64,000 nt of DNA from Orbicella franksi (taxonomy: Eukaryota). The notes below the pieces were generated by a model. It had not been told where the DNA came from and searched no databases. It worked only from the letters and a program-made list of their open reading frames with translations. Shown in pieces: positions 14,382 to 25,709 of this stretch. Positions within the stretch are counted from its first letter, which is position 1. Every line of letters starts with the position of its first letter. The stretch covers positions 5,766,001 to 5,830,000 of the forward strand of contig OZ116699.1 of the NCBI GenBank assembly GCA_964199315.1, read 5' to 3'. Position numbers and translations under genes: made by a program.

Positions 14382-14791
14382 CAAAACTTACGGTCCAGTT
14401 AAAAATATAATAATTAAAAAGTAAAGCAAAACAAGACAATTAAATACTTTTTGTCAATAGTTTTAAAATATAATGTTAGCATGACCATGCACCTTCCGCT
14501 ACTGCTCAACAACAAAAAGACGGGAAAAACGAGAAAAAAAAGACAAAAGGCAAAAGAAGAAACAAATAAACAGTTACATGTAATAAAAAGAAGAAACACA
14601 AAAACAAAATGACTGACGAGCGTACAATATAAAGCCTGAACTAATTGGTTTGTGCTTCGGAGAGTTCTGAATCAGGCTCGACCGGGCAGCGTGCTAACCA
14701 CACTAAGCCATAATGTGTCATGCATGAATGATTGAGTTAATTTTTCAATTTTTTCTTTTTTTTTTTGTCAGCTGACAACCAAACACGCGTG

Positions 14792-14873
14792 ATGATTGCT
14801 TTGAGTTTCTTTCTTTTTGCGTTTATGTACCTCGCACATAACCATGGTTACTATGTTCGTGGAAACCATAGAG
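14792..14873 (+). CDS. FN2 gene, signal-peptide exon
   Basis: MIALSFFLFAFMYLAHNHGYYVRGNHR followed by G|GTAAGT (phase 1). A polypyrimidine acceptor ...TTTTGTCAG ends at 14771, implying an upstream 5'UTR exon. Confidence 0.7.
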
Positions 14874-17800
14874 GTAAGTCTTTTGAGAAACTATGGGTAC
14901 TTTCATTGTGCCAAAAATTCCGGAAATTTCGGTCTGAAGTCCATTGGAAAGGTCCGTTTCTGTTTGGTCCGACCGGAATATTCAGGACCAGCTATGGAGG
15001 TGGTCCACTTTGACCGGTCAGACCGAAATTTGCCGTTCCACTTTGAGAAACCGGTTCATTGCCCTACGTTTTTCTACAGTAGATTTCATTTATTTAGGGA
15101 ATTCGGGAAAGGAAAAAGAAATGATAAGGGTCATTCCTCTTGGTTGGCCCGGTTTGATCGGTAAATGTCGTTTCATTCTTCCTCGAGTATTCCCACTGGT
15201 CTCTGACCGGTCGGTCTGGCATGATGGAAACACCCTATATTTTACGGGAAATTCAGGCAGGATGGCAGCTGGAAGAACTTGGGACCTTTGATTGTAAAAT
15301 GACAAGGAAATTGAAAAATGGCAAAAAAGGATTTGTAATTGTTTCGCGTAAATCGCCTGCTCAAATCAGATTGTGAACAAAATTACCTGTGGCGACGGCG
15401 TAAAATACAACGAGAAAACGGGCCAGTGTGATTGTCCACAGAATGTATAATGCAGCCCAATAGAGTATGCTAAACCTCTTTCTTTTCAGAGATCTTTTAA
15501 GACATGTGGGTCCAGTTGTTCAAAGGGTGATTAACAATATCCACTGGACAAATGGATATCCAGTGGATAAGTGTTGCAATTAACAAAAAAAAATTTCTCT
15601 ATCCTGTATATTTAACAAATATATATTTCATATCGCCGTGCGGCTGTTGAATAATGGATCACAGATACATGACTTCAAAATGTCAGATGACGTCAAAATA
15701 TACATGGTAAGAACAAAAGAGTGCCACAGCAGCAATTAGGCGGGTGTTTCACTGATTTAAGTAACAAATAGTCTTCTTTTAAGCTAGTCTGATGACAAAG
15801 AAACTGACCCGTTTTATCTTAGACGTAAATGTGAACCGCGTCCATGACAAAAAAACAAAACAAAACAACAAAAAAAGGTAGAATAAAACAGAAGTCCGTC
15901 AATACAGCCTACATTTCATATTTTTAGGTGGGACCGGTCTAATCACTTTAAACAGGCCACATTCTTTCGGCGATTTACCAAAATTTGCCATTTACTACAA
16001 GAAATTTGCATCTCGGAATTATCGAAGGGATAATGCAATAGCTAATGACATTATGACGAAACAGTTTCTTTCGAAAATCGAAGATTGTTAAATTTAAGTT
16101 GTATATTTGATGTTCCGTTTATCTTTTTATTTACAACGTTCTCAACAGAAGCTGAATGTGTGGCAAAAACAAGGTGTGGTTTATGCTGCAGTATACCTTT
16201 CACTTACAAAGGAGTAACATACCATTCCTGTACCAAAGCTGATCACCACAAGTTTTGGTGTTCCCTGGACGCTGTCTACAAGGAAAAGTGGGCAAATTGT
16301 GGTAAGCATTGCAGTGATGTTGTGATTAACTAAACACTTAAGAATAAATGTCTGCAAGAATCAAACACAATCAGCAAATACCGGCAAAAATGTGAAATAT
16401 CCAACGTGCTCAAATTCCATTTTTTGTTGTTGTTGTTGTCCAGATAGAGGTATTGAGGGATGTGTTATTCATTTTTTCGAAACAAAATATTTGATGTTTC
16501 ACTTCAAAATGAGGACAATCATTTTCAGGGTCAGGTACGAGACAATGTAGCATGAAAATTAGCCGTTTTGATGCGGAATGTTTGCCTGGAGTAAACAGCA
16601 AAATCTTATTACTACAACTTTTCAAGAAATTATTTTAAGATTTCCAAGAGAATATAAAAATAAAGTAAACAAAAAATAAACAAAGAGATGGAGAGACCAG
16701 AGGGGAATTGCCTGCTACCGCGTTTAAATTTAAGATTTAATTTAAAAAGATTACCCTACTACCTTAATCAGAAATTACATGAAATTTAGAAATTTAGAAA
16801 CTGTAAAGTGTAACTGATTAAGAAATAAAAAGATTAATTAATTGATTGAAAAAAAAAAACAGGCGGGCATGAACATTTGACAGTTATTAAAAGGGATCGT
16901 ATTTACATTTAGATAATATCAAACTTAATTACGTTGGCGCTAACAATCCACACACACCCAAAGTTTGTAAACACATTTTCTTCACCTAGGCCGTGTTTTA
17001 AAATTGAGATCATACAATTTGAAGTCTTACACATATGAAAAATTTAGAGATGCCATCAGCTACCTATTAAGACAGTAAAAGCTTGTGCAATAAGATCAAA
17101 AATAAGCCAAGCTCAAAAGTATATATCACCATTTAGAAGTTCGATATTTAAGGAGTTAACAGAATTGCAAGAGATCAGGGCCTCATTCAGGCCAAGATCG
17201 GAGGTCATCAGGTCTTGAAAATCATTTAATTCATGCCAAGCTATTGCAGCGGTCGCTAACCGTAAAATAATTTGGTCTTGCTTTGCAGCCGCCATTGATA
17301 ATATATTGCGTGCGCAGTAGAATTACCAACCAAAAATTACGCAAAGGTCCTTAAACATGGCACCTTCTTAGTGCGAATTACCACTTCCTTAATAGTTTAT
17401 GGCAAAAGCAATTGGCACCTCGGCATTTTTAAACGGGATAAAGTAATAGCTAAAGATATTATGGCGAGACCGTTTCTTTCGAAACTAGTAGACTGCTAAG
17501 TTCACCTTAAATTTTTGTTGTTCCTTTCATGTTTGTCTTTGAAACGTCCTCAACAAAAGCCGATCAATGTGTGCAAAAGACAACGGATGGCCAATGCTGC
17601 AGTATACCTTTTACTTATGGAGGAGTAACATACCATTCCTGTACCAAAACTCATCACAACAAGTTGTGGTGTTCGCTGGACGCTGTCTACAAGGGAAAGT
17701 GGGGAAATTGTGGTAAGCATTGAAATAACGTTGGGATGAACTTAACGTTTCAAAATATACATCTGTGAGAATCAAAAGAAACCCGGAAATAGCAGGAAAA

Positions 17801-20800
17801 ATGTGACATCTCCAACTTGCATAAACTCCGTTTCTTTGTTGTCCAGATAGAGGTATTGATGGCTGTGTCATTCATTTTTTTTTAAAGAAAATATTTGATA
17901 TATTGCCCAAAAATGAGGACAATCATTTTCAGGGTCAGGTACGATACAATATAGCTTCAAAATTAGCCGTTTTGAAGCGAAATGCTTGCCTGAAGTGTAC
18001 AGCAAAATGACATGAATTGGTTATCATCTTATTCCTACAACCTTTCCAGAAATTATTTTAACATTTCCAAGCATATGTAAAAAAATAATAAATTAAACTA
18101 AAAAAAAATGAAATAGAGAGATAGAGAGATAGAGAGACCAGAATGGAATTGCCTGCTACTACGTTTGAATTACAAATTTGATTAAAAAAGATTACCCTAC
18201 TAACTTAATCAGAAATTAAATGAAATTTAAAAATAAAACCAGCCAGGCATGAACAGTTCACAGTTATATTATTTAAAGGGGTTGTATTTACATGTAGGCA
18301 ATATCAAGCGTAACAAAATTGGCGCTAAAATTCCACACAAACCCACTTTATGAAAAAACATTCTCTTCAGTTAGACAATGTTTTCAAATTTAGTTGATAC
18401 AATTTGAAGTCTTGCACAACTGAATAACTTAGAGATGCCATCAGCTACCTATTAAGAAAGTAAAAGCTAATGCAATGGGCTCAAAAATAAACCATGCTCA
18501 AAAGTATGTATTACCCTTTAAAAGTTCAATATTAAAGGAGTTAACAGAATTGCAAAAGATAATTGCCTCTTTCAGGCCAAGATCGGAGGTCATCGGGTCT
18601 TGAAAATCATTTAATCCATGCCGAGCTATTGCAGCAGTCTCTAATCTTCAAATCATTTAGTCTTGCTTTGCAGCCACCCTTGATACATCACACAGGAAAA
18701 TATATTGCGCGTGCAGTACGGTTACGCTCCAAAAGTTGAACAAAGGTCCTTAAACGTGGCATCTTCTTAGTGTGATTTACCACTAACTTAATAGTTCATG
18801 GTAAAAGCAATTGGCATGTCGGCATTTTCAAAGGTATAAAATAATAGCTAATGATATTATGGCGAGACCGTTTCATTCCAAACTAGTAGACTGATAAGTT
18901 CACCTTAAATTTTTGTTGTTCCTTTCATGTTTGTCTTTGAAACGTCCTCAACAAAAGCTGAATGTGTCCAAAAGACAACGGATGGCCAATGCTGCAGCAT
19001 ACCTTTCACTTACGGAGGAGTAACATACCATTCCTGTACCAAAACTAATCACAACAAGTTGTGGTGTTCGCTAGACGCTGCCTACAAGGGAAAGTGGGGA
19101 AATTGTGGTAAGCATTGAAGTAATGTTGGGACTAAGTAAACGCTTAAGAATAAATATTTGCAAGAATCAAAAGAAATGCGCAAATAGCAGCAAAAATGTG
19201 AAATCTCCAACTTGCTCAAACTCCGTTTATTTGTTGTCCAGATAGAGGTATTGATTCACTTTTTTAAAGAAAAAAAGCGATGTTTTGCCCAAAAATGAGG
19301 ACAATCATTTTCAGGGTCATGTACGAGACAATGTAGCTTGAAAATTAGCCATTTTGAAGCGGAATGTTTGCCTGGAGTATATAGCTAAATCACATGAATT
19401 TGTTATCAACTTATTCCTACAACTTTTTCAGAAATTATTTTAAGATTTCTAAGAGAATATAAAAATAAACTTAAAAAAGAAATGAAACAAAGAGATAGAG
19501 AGACCAGAGGGGAATTGCCTGCTACTGCGTTTGAATTTAAAATTTCGTTTAAAACGATTACCCTACCACCTTAATCAGAAATTACATGAAATTTAGAAAT
19601 TTAGAAACTGTAAAGTGTAACTGATTAAGAAATAAAAAGATTGATTAATTGATTGAAAAAAAAAAAAAAACAGGCGGGCATGAACATTTGGCAGTTATTA
19701 AAAGAGGTCGTATTTAGGTTTACGTAATATCAAGCTTTAATTAAGTTGGCGCTAACAATCCACACACACCCACATTTTGTAAAAACATTTCCTTCACTTA
19801 GGCAGTGTTTTAAAATTGAGATCATACAATTTGAAGTCTCGCACATATGAAAAATTTAGAGATGCCATCAGCTACTTATTAAGACAGTAAAAGCTAGTGC
19901 AATAAGATCAAAAATAAGCCAAGCTCAAAAGTATATATCACCATTTAAAAGTTCGATATTGAAGGAGTTAACAGAATTGCAAGAGATCAGGGCCTCATTT
20001 AGCCCAAGATCAGAAATCATCAGGTCTTGAAAATCATTTAATTCATGCCAAGCTACTGCAGCGGTCGCTAACCGTAAAATAATTTGGTCTTGCTTTGCAG
20101 CCGCCATTGATAATGTATTGCGTGCGCAGTAGAATTACCAACCAAAAGTTACGCAAAGGTCCTTAAACATGGCACCTTCTTAGTGCGAATTACCACTTGC
20201 TTAATAGTTCATGGTAAAAGCAATTGACATCTCGGCGTTTTTAAACGGGATAAAATAATAGCTAAAGATATTATGGCGAGACTGTTTCTTTCGAAACTAG
20301 TAGACTGCTAAGTTCACCTTAAATTTTTGTTGTTCCTTTCATCTTTGTTTTTAAAGCGTCCTCAACAGAAGCTCAGTGTGTCCAAAAGACAACAGCTGGC
20401 CAATGCTGCAGTATACCTTTCACTTACAAAGGAGTAACATACCATTCCTGTACCAAAACTGATTACCACAGGTTTTGGTGTTCGCTGGACGCTGTCTACA
20501 AGGGAAAGTGGGGAAATTGTGGTAAGCATTGGAATAATTTTGGGATTAATTTGGTCTTGCTTTGCAACCGCCATTGATAATATATTGCGCGCGCAGTAGA
20601 ATTACCAACCAAAACTTACGCAAAGGACCTTAAACATGGAATTACCACTTGTTTAATAGCTCATGGTAAGAGCAATTGACATCTCGGCATTTTTAAACGG
20701 GATAAAATAATAGCTAAAGATATTATGGCGAGACCTTGTCTTTCGAAACCGGTAGACTGTTAAGTTCACCTTAAATTTTTGTTGTTCCTTTCATCTTTGT

Positions 20801-22941
20801 TTTTAAAGCGTCCTCAACAGAAGCTCAATGTGTCGAAAAGACAACAGCTGGCCAATGCTGCAGTATACCTTTCACTTACAAAGGAGTAACATACCATTCC
20901 TGCACCAAAACTGATTACCACAGGTTTTGGTGTTCGCTGGACGCTGTCTACAAGGGAAAGTGGGGAAATTGTGGTAAGCAGTGGAATAATGTTGGGATTA
21001 ATTCGGTCTTGCTTTGCAGCCGCCATTGATAATACATCGCGTGCGTAGTAGAATTACCAACCAAACGTTTCGCAAAGGTCCTTAAACATGGCACCTTCTT
21101 AGTGCGAAATACCACTTGCTTAATAGTTCATGGTAAAAGCAATTGACATCTCGGCATTTTTAAACGGGATGAAATAGTAGCTAATGATATTATGGCGAGA
21201 CCGTTTCTTTCGAAACTAGTAGACTGCTAAGTTCACCTTAAACGTTTGTTGTTCCTTTCATCTTTGTTTTTAAAGCGTCCTCAACAGAAGCTCAGTGTGT
21301 CCAAAAGACAACAGCTGGCCAATGCTGCAGTATACCTTTCACTTACAAAGGAGTAACATACCATTCCTGTACCAAAACTGATTACCACATGTATTGGTGT
21401 TCGCTGGACGCTGCCTACAAGGGAAAGTGGGGAATTTGTGGTAAGCATTGGAATGATGTTGGGATTAACTAAACACTTAAAAATATATATCTGTGAGAAT
21501 CAAAAAAAATGTGCAAATAGCAGCAAAAATGTGAAATCTCGAACTTGCTCAAACTCTGTTAATTTGTTGTCCAGATAGAGGTATTGATGGCTGTGTCATT
21601 CATCTTTTTAAAAGAAAATATTTGATATATCGCCCAAAAATGAGGACAATCATTTTCAGGGTCAGGTGCGATACAATGTAGCTTGAAAATTAGCCGTTTT
21701 GAAGCGAAATGTTTACCTGGAGTGTACAGCCAAATGACATGAACTGGTTATTCCTACAACCTTTCCAGAAATTATTTTAACATTTCCAAGAAAATGTAAA
21801 AAAATGAATTAAACTAAAAAAGATGAAATAGAGAGATAGAGAGATAGAGAGACCAGAATGGAATTGCCCGCTACTGCGTTTTAATTTCAAATTTGATTAA
21901 GAAAGATTACCCTACTACCTTAATCAGAAATTAAATGAAATTTAGAAATAAAACCAGCCGGGCATGAACAGCTGACAGCTATTCCACGGGGGCGTATTTG
22001 GATCTGGGTAATATCAAGCGTAACAAAGTTGGCGCTAAAAATTCACACAAACCCACTTTATGAAAAAGACATTTTCTTCAGTTAGACAATGTTTTCAAAT
22101 TTAGATTACACAATTTGAAGTCTTGCACAACTGAATAATTTAGAGATGCCATCAGCTACCTATTAAGATGGTAAAAGTTAATGCAAAGGGATCAAAAATA
22201 AGCCATGCTCAAAAGTATATATTACCCTTTGAAAGTTCAATATTAAAGGGGTTAACAGAATTGCAAGAGATAATTGACTCTTTCAGGCCAAGATCGGAGG
22301 TCGTCCGGTCTTGAAAATCATTTAATCCATGCCAAGCTATTGCAGCAGTCAGTAACCTTTATATCATTTAGTCTTGCTTTGCAGCCGCCTTTGATACATC
22401 ACATAGGAAAATATTTTGTTTATTAGGTTTTTTAATTTCGAGACAAAGAAATGGTTTCTTACCTTGAAATAATTTCAAGACCAATTTTGTGTTTGGTCTA
22501 ATCTCGGTCGACTGCCCACTGAGACTGCTTGAGTATTTTTTCTGGGTCATTTTCTAAAAGGAATAGGCTCTTTCTTTCTTCTTCTTTCTTCTCGTACCTG
22601 TTCAATGCCTCGACAAGACCTTTTTGTATCTTATCTTTCCCCCAGTCACGTAAAATATTGTCTAAATTCGCAAAACTTTCCGCCATTTTAAAACACAGAG
22701 GGAAAAATCTTTGTGATGATGAAGTAAATCATACGTCTGTCCTCTAATATATTATAGGCGAGAACCAATCAAAATGCAAGTATAATTTGGTTTATTATAT
22801 AAAACTCGATAGAAACACAAAACATGTACACGTAATGATGGCGCGAGTAAAGAGAATTAACATTTTGATGATTAAAGTAGACAATTTCTTTTTCTTTTTT
22901 TCGTCGGGGTATTTTCTAAAAGAAATAGAAAACATGTTCTC

Positions 22942-22975
<34 letters not shown>

Positions 22976-24517
22976 AGTTATGGAGAACTCGAAAAAGGTG
23001 TGGAAACACTCTGCTCGGGTTCCCACAGCATTTCCCGTTCTCCCAAACTTTCATTCCTGTTTCTAAAACTCGATAGAAACACGGTACATGTTTCCATATA
23101 CATATTTCCTAATTTTCATTCAAAATAAGAAGAAACATTTTCAGGGCCAGATCCGATAAAATGTAACTTGAAAATTAGCCATTTTGAAATGATATGTTTG
23201 CCTTGAGTATACAGCCAAATGACATTAATTGGTTATCAACTTATACAATTTAACTTTTCCAGAATTTATTTCAATATTGACAAGAAAATGTAACAATAAA
23301 AAAAAATGAGGAGATAGAGAGACCAAAAGGGAATTGCCCGCTTCTGTGTTTAAATTTCAAGTCATCTCTTTCTCCGTGAAGTGGGGGTATAGGTATAGCT
23401 GGGCCCTATTGAGTAACAGTTAAGGAGCAGTATCGCCGTCACCAAAAAAAAGTGGGAAATGAAAAGTGGGCGGGTCAGTTCCTAGACAATTTGTATAGGG
23501 ATTCTGTGAAACGATTAGCGATTATATTACATGTAATTGTACGCGTGAACAGATCAGACGCTTTTAGTAATTTCCACGACTGGCTGCCGTAGCCACGAGT
23601 CGGATCTGTTTACAAGTTCAATTAAAAAGCAAAACCGACTTCAATCATTTGCAAGAGCTGAACGAAATTCTGCGGTATTCTAATTGGAACTTCAATTTAT
23701 CTCAACAACAGGTTATCAGGCTAGAAATACTGGTTTAGAATAGTACGAGATTTCGATAGAGAACATGGCTTATACACAAATGTTTAATGACCACCTTCAG
23801 GCGATGAACCCCTAAAAGCTCATTCTCTTCGATGAATGCGATTTGAAACTGCCTTTCCAATTTCGCGCGCTTTGCTACTAATGACGTCAGAGGCCAAGGG
23901 GTTGCATTAGACAAGGTGTCAATTCCTCGTGATAACACGATTCTGGTTACAAAACTTCCGTCGCGCCTTGCAAAATTGATAATCGCAGTATCTACACTGC
24001 CAGTCAACCTCGTTTTCAGGTTCTCTCTCCTCTGCCTCCCTTTGTCGTTAGGAGAAGACTCTTGCTGCGGCTGGTCAAGTGACTACCTGTGACACAAACT
24101 TTTCCACCGGGGTAGAGTCAACGAATAATTTTAGTCGATCTCAACTGAAGCGAAAGAAAGGTGGTTGTTGGTCATCGCTATATTAACCGCACACGAGCAA
24201 ATACGCCTTTGAAATTCTCCAGTCCTACTGAGAACGAGGTTGACTGCTAGTCTCTTTTCCAGTGTCCCTGCGTCCCAGAGTACCCTTGTTTTTCTGTCCC
24301 ACTGTCCGCTGTCCGCTGTCATGTGCAGTCCCTCTGTCCGTCTGTCATTGCTTGTCACTTAGGTTTTGGTCTGTTTACTCCAGATATCAACGGAAAACGT
24401 CACTATCGGCGCAGACCATTGACTGGCCTCAGTCAAGAAGCTAAAGTCAAGCCGGTTGAAGTCAAGAAGAGCAGGGAGTCAGAGAAACATCTTGATACCA
24501 ACGTGATTGAGCCGTGA
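14792..24517 (+). CDS. Secreted protein with six tandem FN2 domains (8 coding exons, ~380 aa)
   Basis: Exons 14792-14873, 16149-16301, 17560-17712, 18958-19107, 20369-20521, 20821-20973, 21288-21440 and 24363-24517. All introns are phase 1 and GT-AG, with no in-frame stops. FN2 motif C..PF.Y.G..Y..CT......WCS....Y...W..C is present in each internal exon. Confidence 0.8.
14895..15235. mobile_element. MITE, probably PIF/Harbinger type
   Basis: Imperfect TIRs GGGTACTTTCATTGTGCCA and GGGTGTTTCCATCATGCCA, flanked by TAT on both sides; lies in intron 1 of the FN2 gene. Confidence 0.7.
16149..16301 (+). CDS. FN2 exon 1
   Basis: CAG|..EAECVAKTRCGLCCSIPFTYKGVTYHSCTKADHHKFWCSLDAVYKEKWANC..G|GTAAGC; 153 nt. 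Confidence 0.88.
17560..17712 (+). CDS. FN2 exon 2
   Basis: AAG|..ADQCVQKTTDGQCCSIPFTYGGVTYHSCTKTHHNKLWCSLDAVYKGKWGNC|GTAAGC; 153 nt. Confidence 0.85.
18958..19107 (+). CDS. FN2 exon 3
   Basis: AAG|..AECVQKTTDGQCCSIPFTYGGVTYHSCTKTNHNKLWCSLDAAYKGKWGNC|GTAAGC; 150 nt. Confidence 0.85.
20369..20521 (+). CDS. FN2 exon 4
   Basis: CAG|..EAQCVQKTTAGQCCSIPFTYKGVTYHSCTKTDYHRFWCSLDAVYKGKWGNC|GTAAGC; absent from the ORF track. Confidence 0.88.
20821..20973 (+). CDS. FN2 exon 5
   Basis: CAG|..EAQCVEKTTAGQCCSIPFTYKGVTYHSCTKTDYHRFWCSLDAVYKGKWGNC|GTAAGC. Confidence 0.88.
21288..21440 (+). CDS. FN2 exon 6
   Basis: CAG|..EAQCVQKTTAGQCCSIPFTYKGVTYHSCTKTDYHMYWCSLDAAYKGKWGIC|GTAAGC. Confidence 0.88.
22415..22790 (-). 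other. Insertion interrupting the FN2 repeat unit, with a short unrecognised ORF fragment
   Basis: Homology to the intron unit stops at ~22410; ORF 22498-22686 MAESFANLDNILRDWGKDKIQKGL...; family unknown. Confidence 0.3.
22931..23093. repeat. Palindromic (hairpin) interspersed repeat
   Basis: Arm ACATGTTCTCCGTGTTTCTATCGAGTTATAGAAAC...GTGGAAAC matches the reverse complement of the right arm over ~70 bp. Confidence 0.75.
24005..24242. mobile_element. MITE, CAACCTCGTT TIR family, 9-bp TSD
   Basis: TIRs CAACCTCGTTTTCAG and CTGAGAACGAGGTTG; flanks ACTGCCAGT and ACTGCTAGT. Confidence 0.8.
24363..24517 (+). CDS. FN2 gene, probable terminal exon
   Basis: CACTTAG| phase 1, GFGLFTPDINGKRHYRRRPLTGLSQEAKVKPVEVKKSRESEKHLDTNVIEP*. 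The phase fits the FN2 exons; the linkage itself is inferred. Confidence 0.6.
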
Positions 24518-25105
24518 AATCTACCAAGTGCAGTTAAATAGGTCTTTTGAACAGTTGTTCACGTGACGTGCATTTCAAGAACACACTGATTTAGTCATTG
24601 GTAATGAATGGTGTTATCAGAAATGGAAGAACATTTACAAATAAGCTTACATGCAAATTTCAGGTTAATATTTTTTTTAAGAGGGAATTTGTATAGAGGT
24701 TACAAATTAGAAGGATTTGTATGAGGAAAATATGCATTGCCCTCCAGTCACGCTCCAGTGGTGCAATTTTTCAGGTTTTCAAGCTGACATAAAATCGATC
24801 TTTGCCTTTTGGTTAAAGAACCTAGAATTTTTCAGTCTTCCTAATATTTCATCCCTCTTTCTATCTCTAACAGTTATATGGCAGCAGTTTCCTTTTGTAG
24901 TGGTTTTTTAAATAACGGAGAAGGTTTCTGGAGGGCAAAGCTCCTAGCTTTTATACTAAACCTTATTTTTTGGCAATATTCAAATCGTCATTAATTCTTC
25001 ATCGTGTATGCGGCATTGGTCTGAAAAGTATTAGTGTTCTGGCTATTTAAAACATGCCCTTTCCAGTTCTGAAATCGTAGTTTTAGATGCACATTGATAG
25101 CTTAA

Positions 25106-25709
25106 AGGAGAAGGTCACTCCAAAAAAACTCTTGCCTATAGCAAGTACACATTCAGCATCTCCACTCACCCAAGTTTAAGGCTCTGAAGTGCCCGCTATC
25201 CTGCAGAAGTTCGTCTCGAAAGAAGCGACTTCGGAAGCTGCCATTGTGAAACTGTCTTGGCAGGCAGTGTTTATGTGACGCCATTCCGTCCGACTCTAAA
25301 ATGGCGGGAAGGAGACAAACCTGCAACTGACTTTGCATCCTTCACAAGGTCAGCAAATTCTATTTTTTCCAAGCGATTATCCACTTCACTATCTTCAATG
25401 CTATCATTTTGGAGTTTGGAGCATGTTTGGCTCAAAATAATATGGCTCAAGAGAAGCCATAACCCATAAGCCCTTAAGAGTGGTAGTTAAAAGGCTTGTT
25501 GGAAACCATTTGGACAAAATGACGTCACGAAAACGCGGCTACTGTTCAAAATGACGGTAACGATGTCGAATTTTGGGCTTCTTTGGAGATGAATTTCATA
25601 AAGAAAACCTGCACTTTAGAGGCTGAAACTTCGGTGAGTGGCTAAACTTAGTGCAAGGTTTTTATTCGCGTTGCCAAAAAAAATACGTTTCTTGGAGTGG
25701 CCTTCTCCT
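25106..25709 (-). mobile_element. Non-autonomous Kolobok-like DNA transposon
   Basis: 18-bp TIR AGGAGAAGGTCACTCCAA (1 mismatch) with TTAA on both sides; decayed minus-strand ORF starting MASLEPYYFEP. Confidence 0.75.

Larger units (their letters stand above)
15960..23360 (+). repeat. Tandem exon-plus-intron duplication units of the FN2 array
   Basis: Intron 16302-17559 is similar to 19108-20368, and 17713-18957 is similar to 21441-22410. Short 299- and 314-nt introns separate exons 4/5/6. An orphan intron fragment lies at ~23140-23360. Confidence 0.85.

Noticed and set aside
14817-15305. Overlapping 71-115 aa ORFs
   Set aside because: They run through a TIR-bounded MITE; only the first 27 codons from ATG 14792 end at a good donor.
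17113-21026. Repeated minus-strand ORFs starting MAAAKQD/MAVAKQD as a small-protein family
   Set aside because: They are antisense reads of the duplicated FN2 introns and exons; the plus strand carries the recognisable domain and splice sites.
2700-21440. CRISPR-like or other prokaryotic repeat system
   Set aside because: Units are 0.45-1.5 kb with homologous rather than unique spacers, there are no cas genes, and the DNA is intron-rich eukaryotic sequence.
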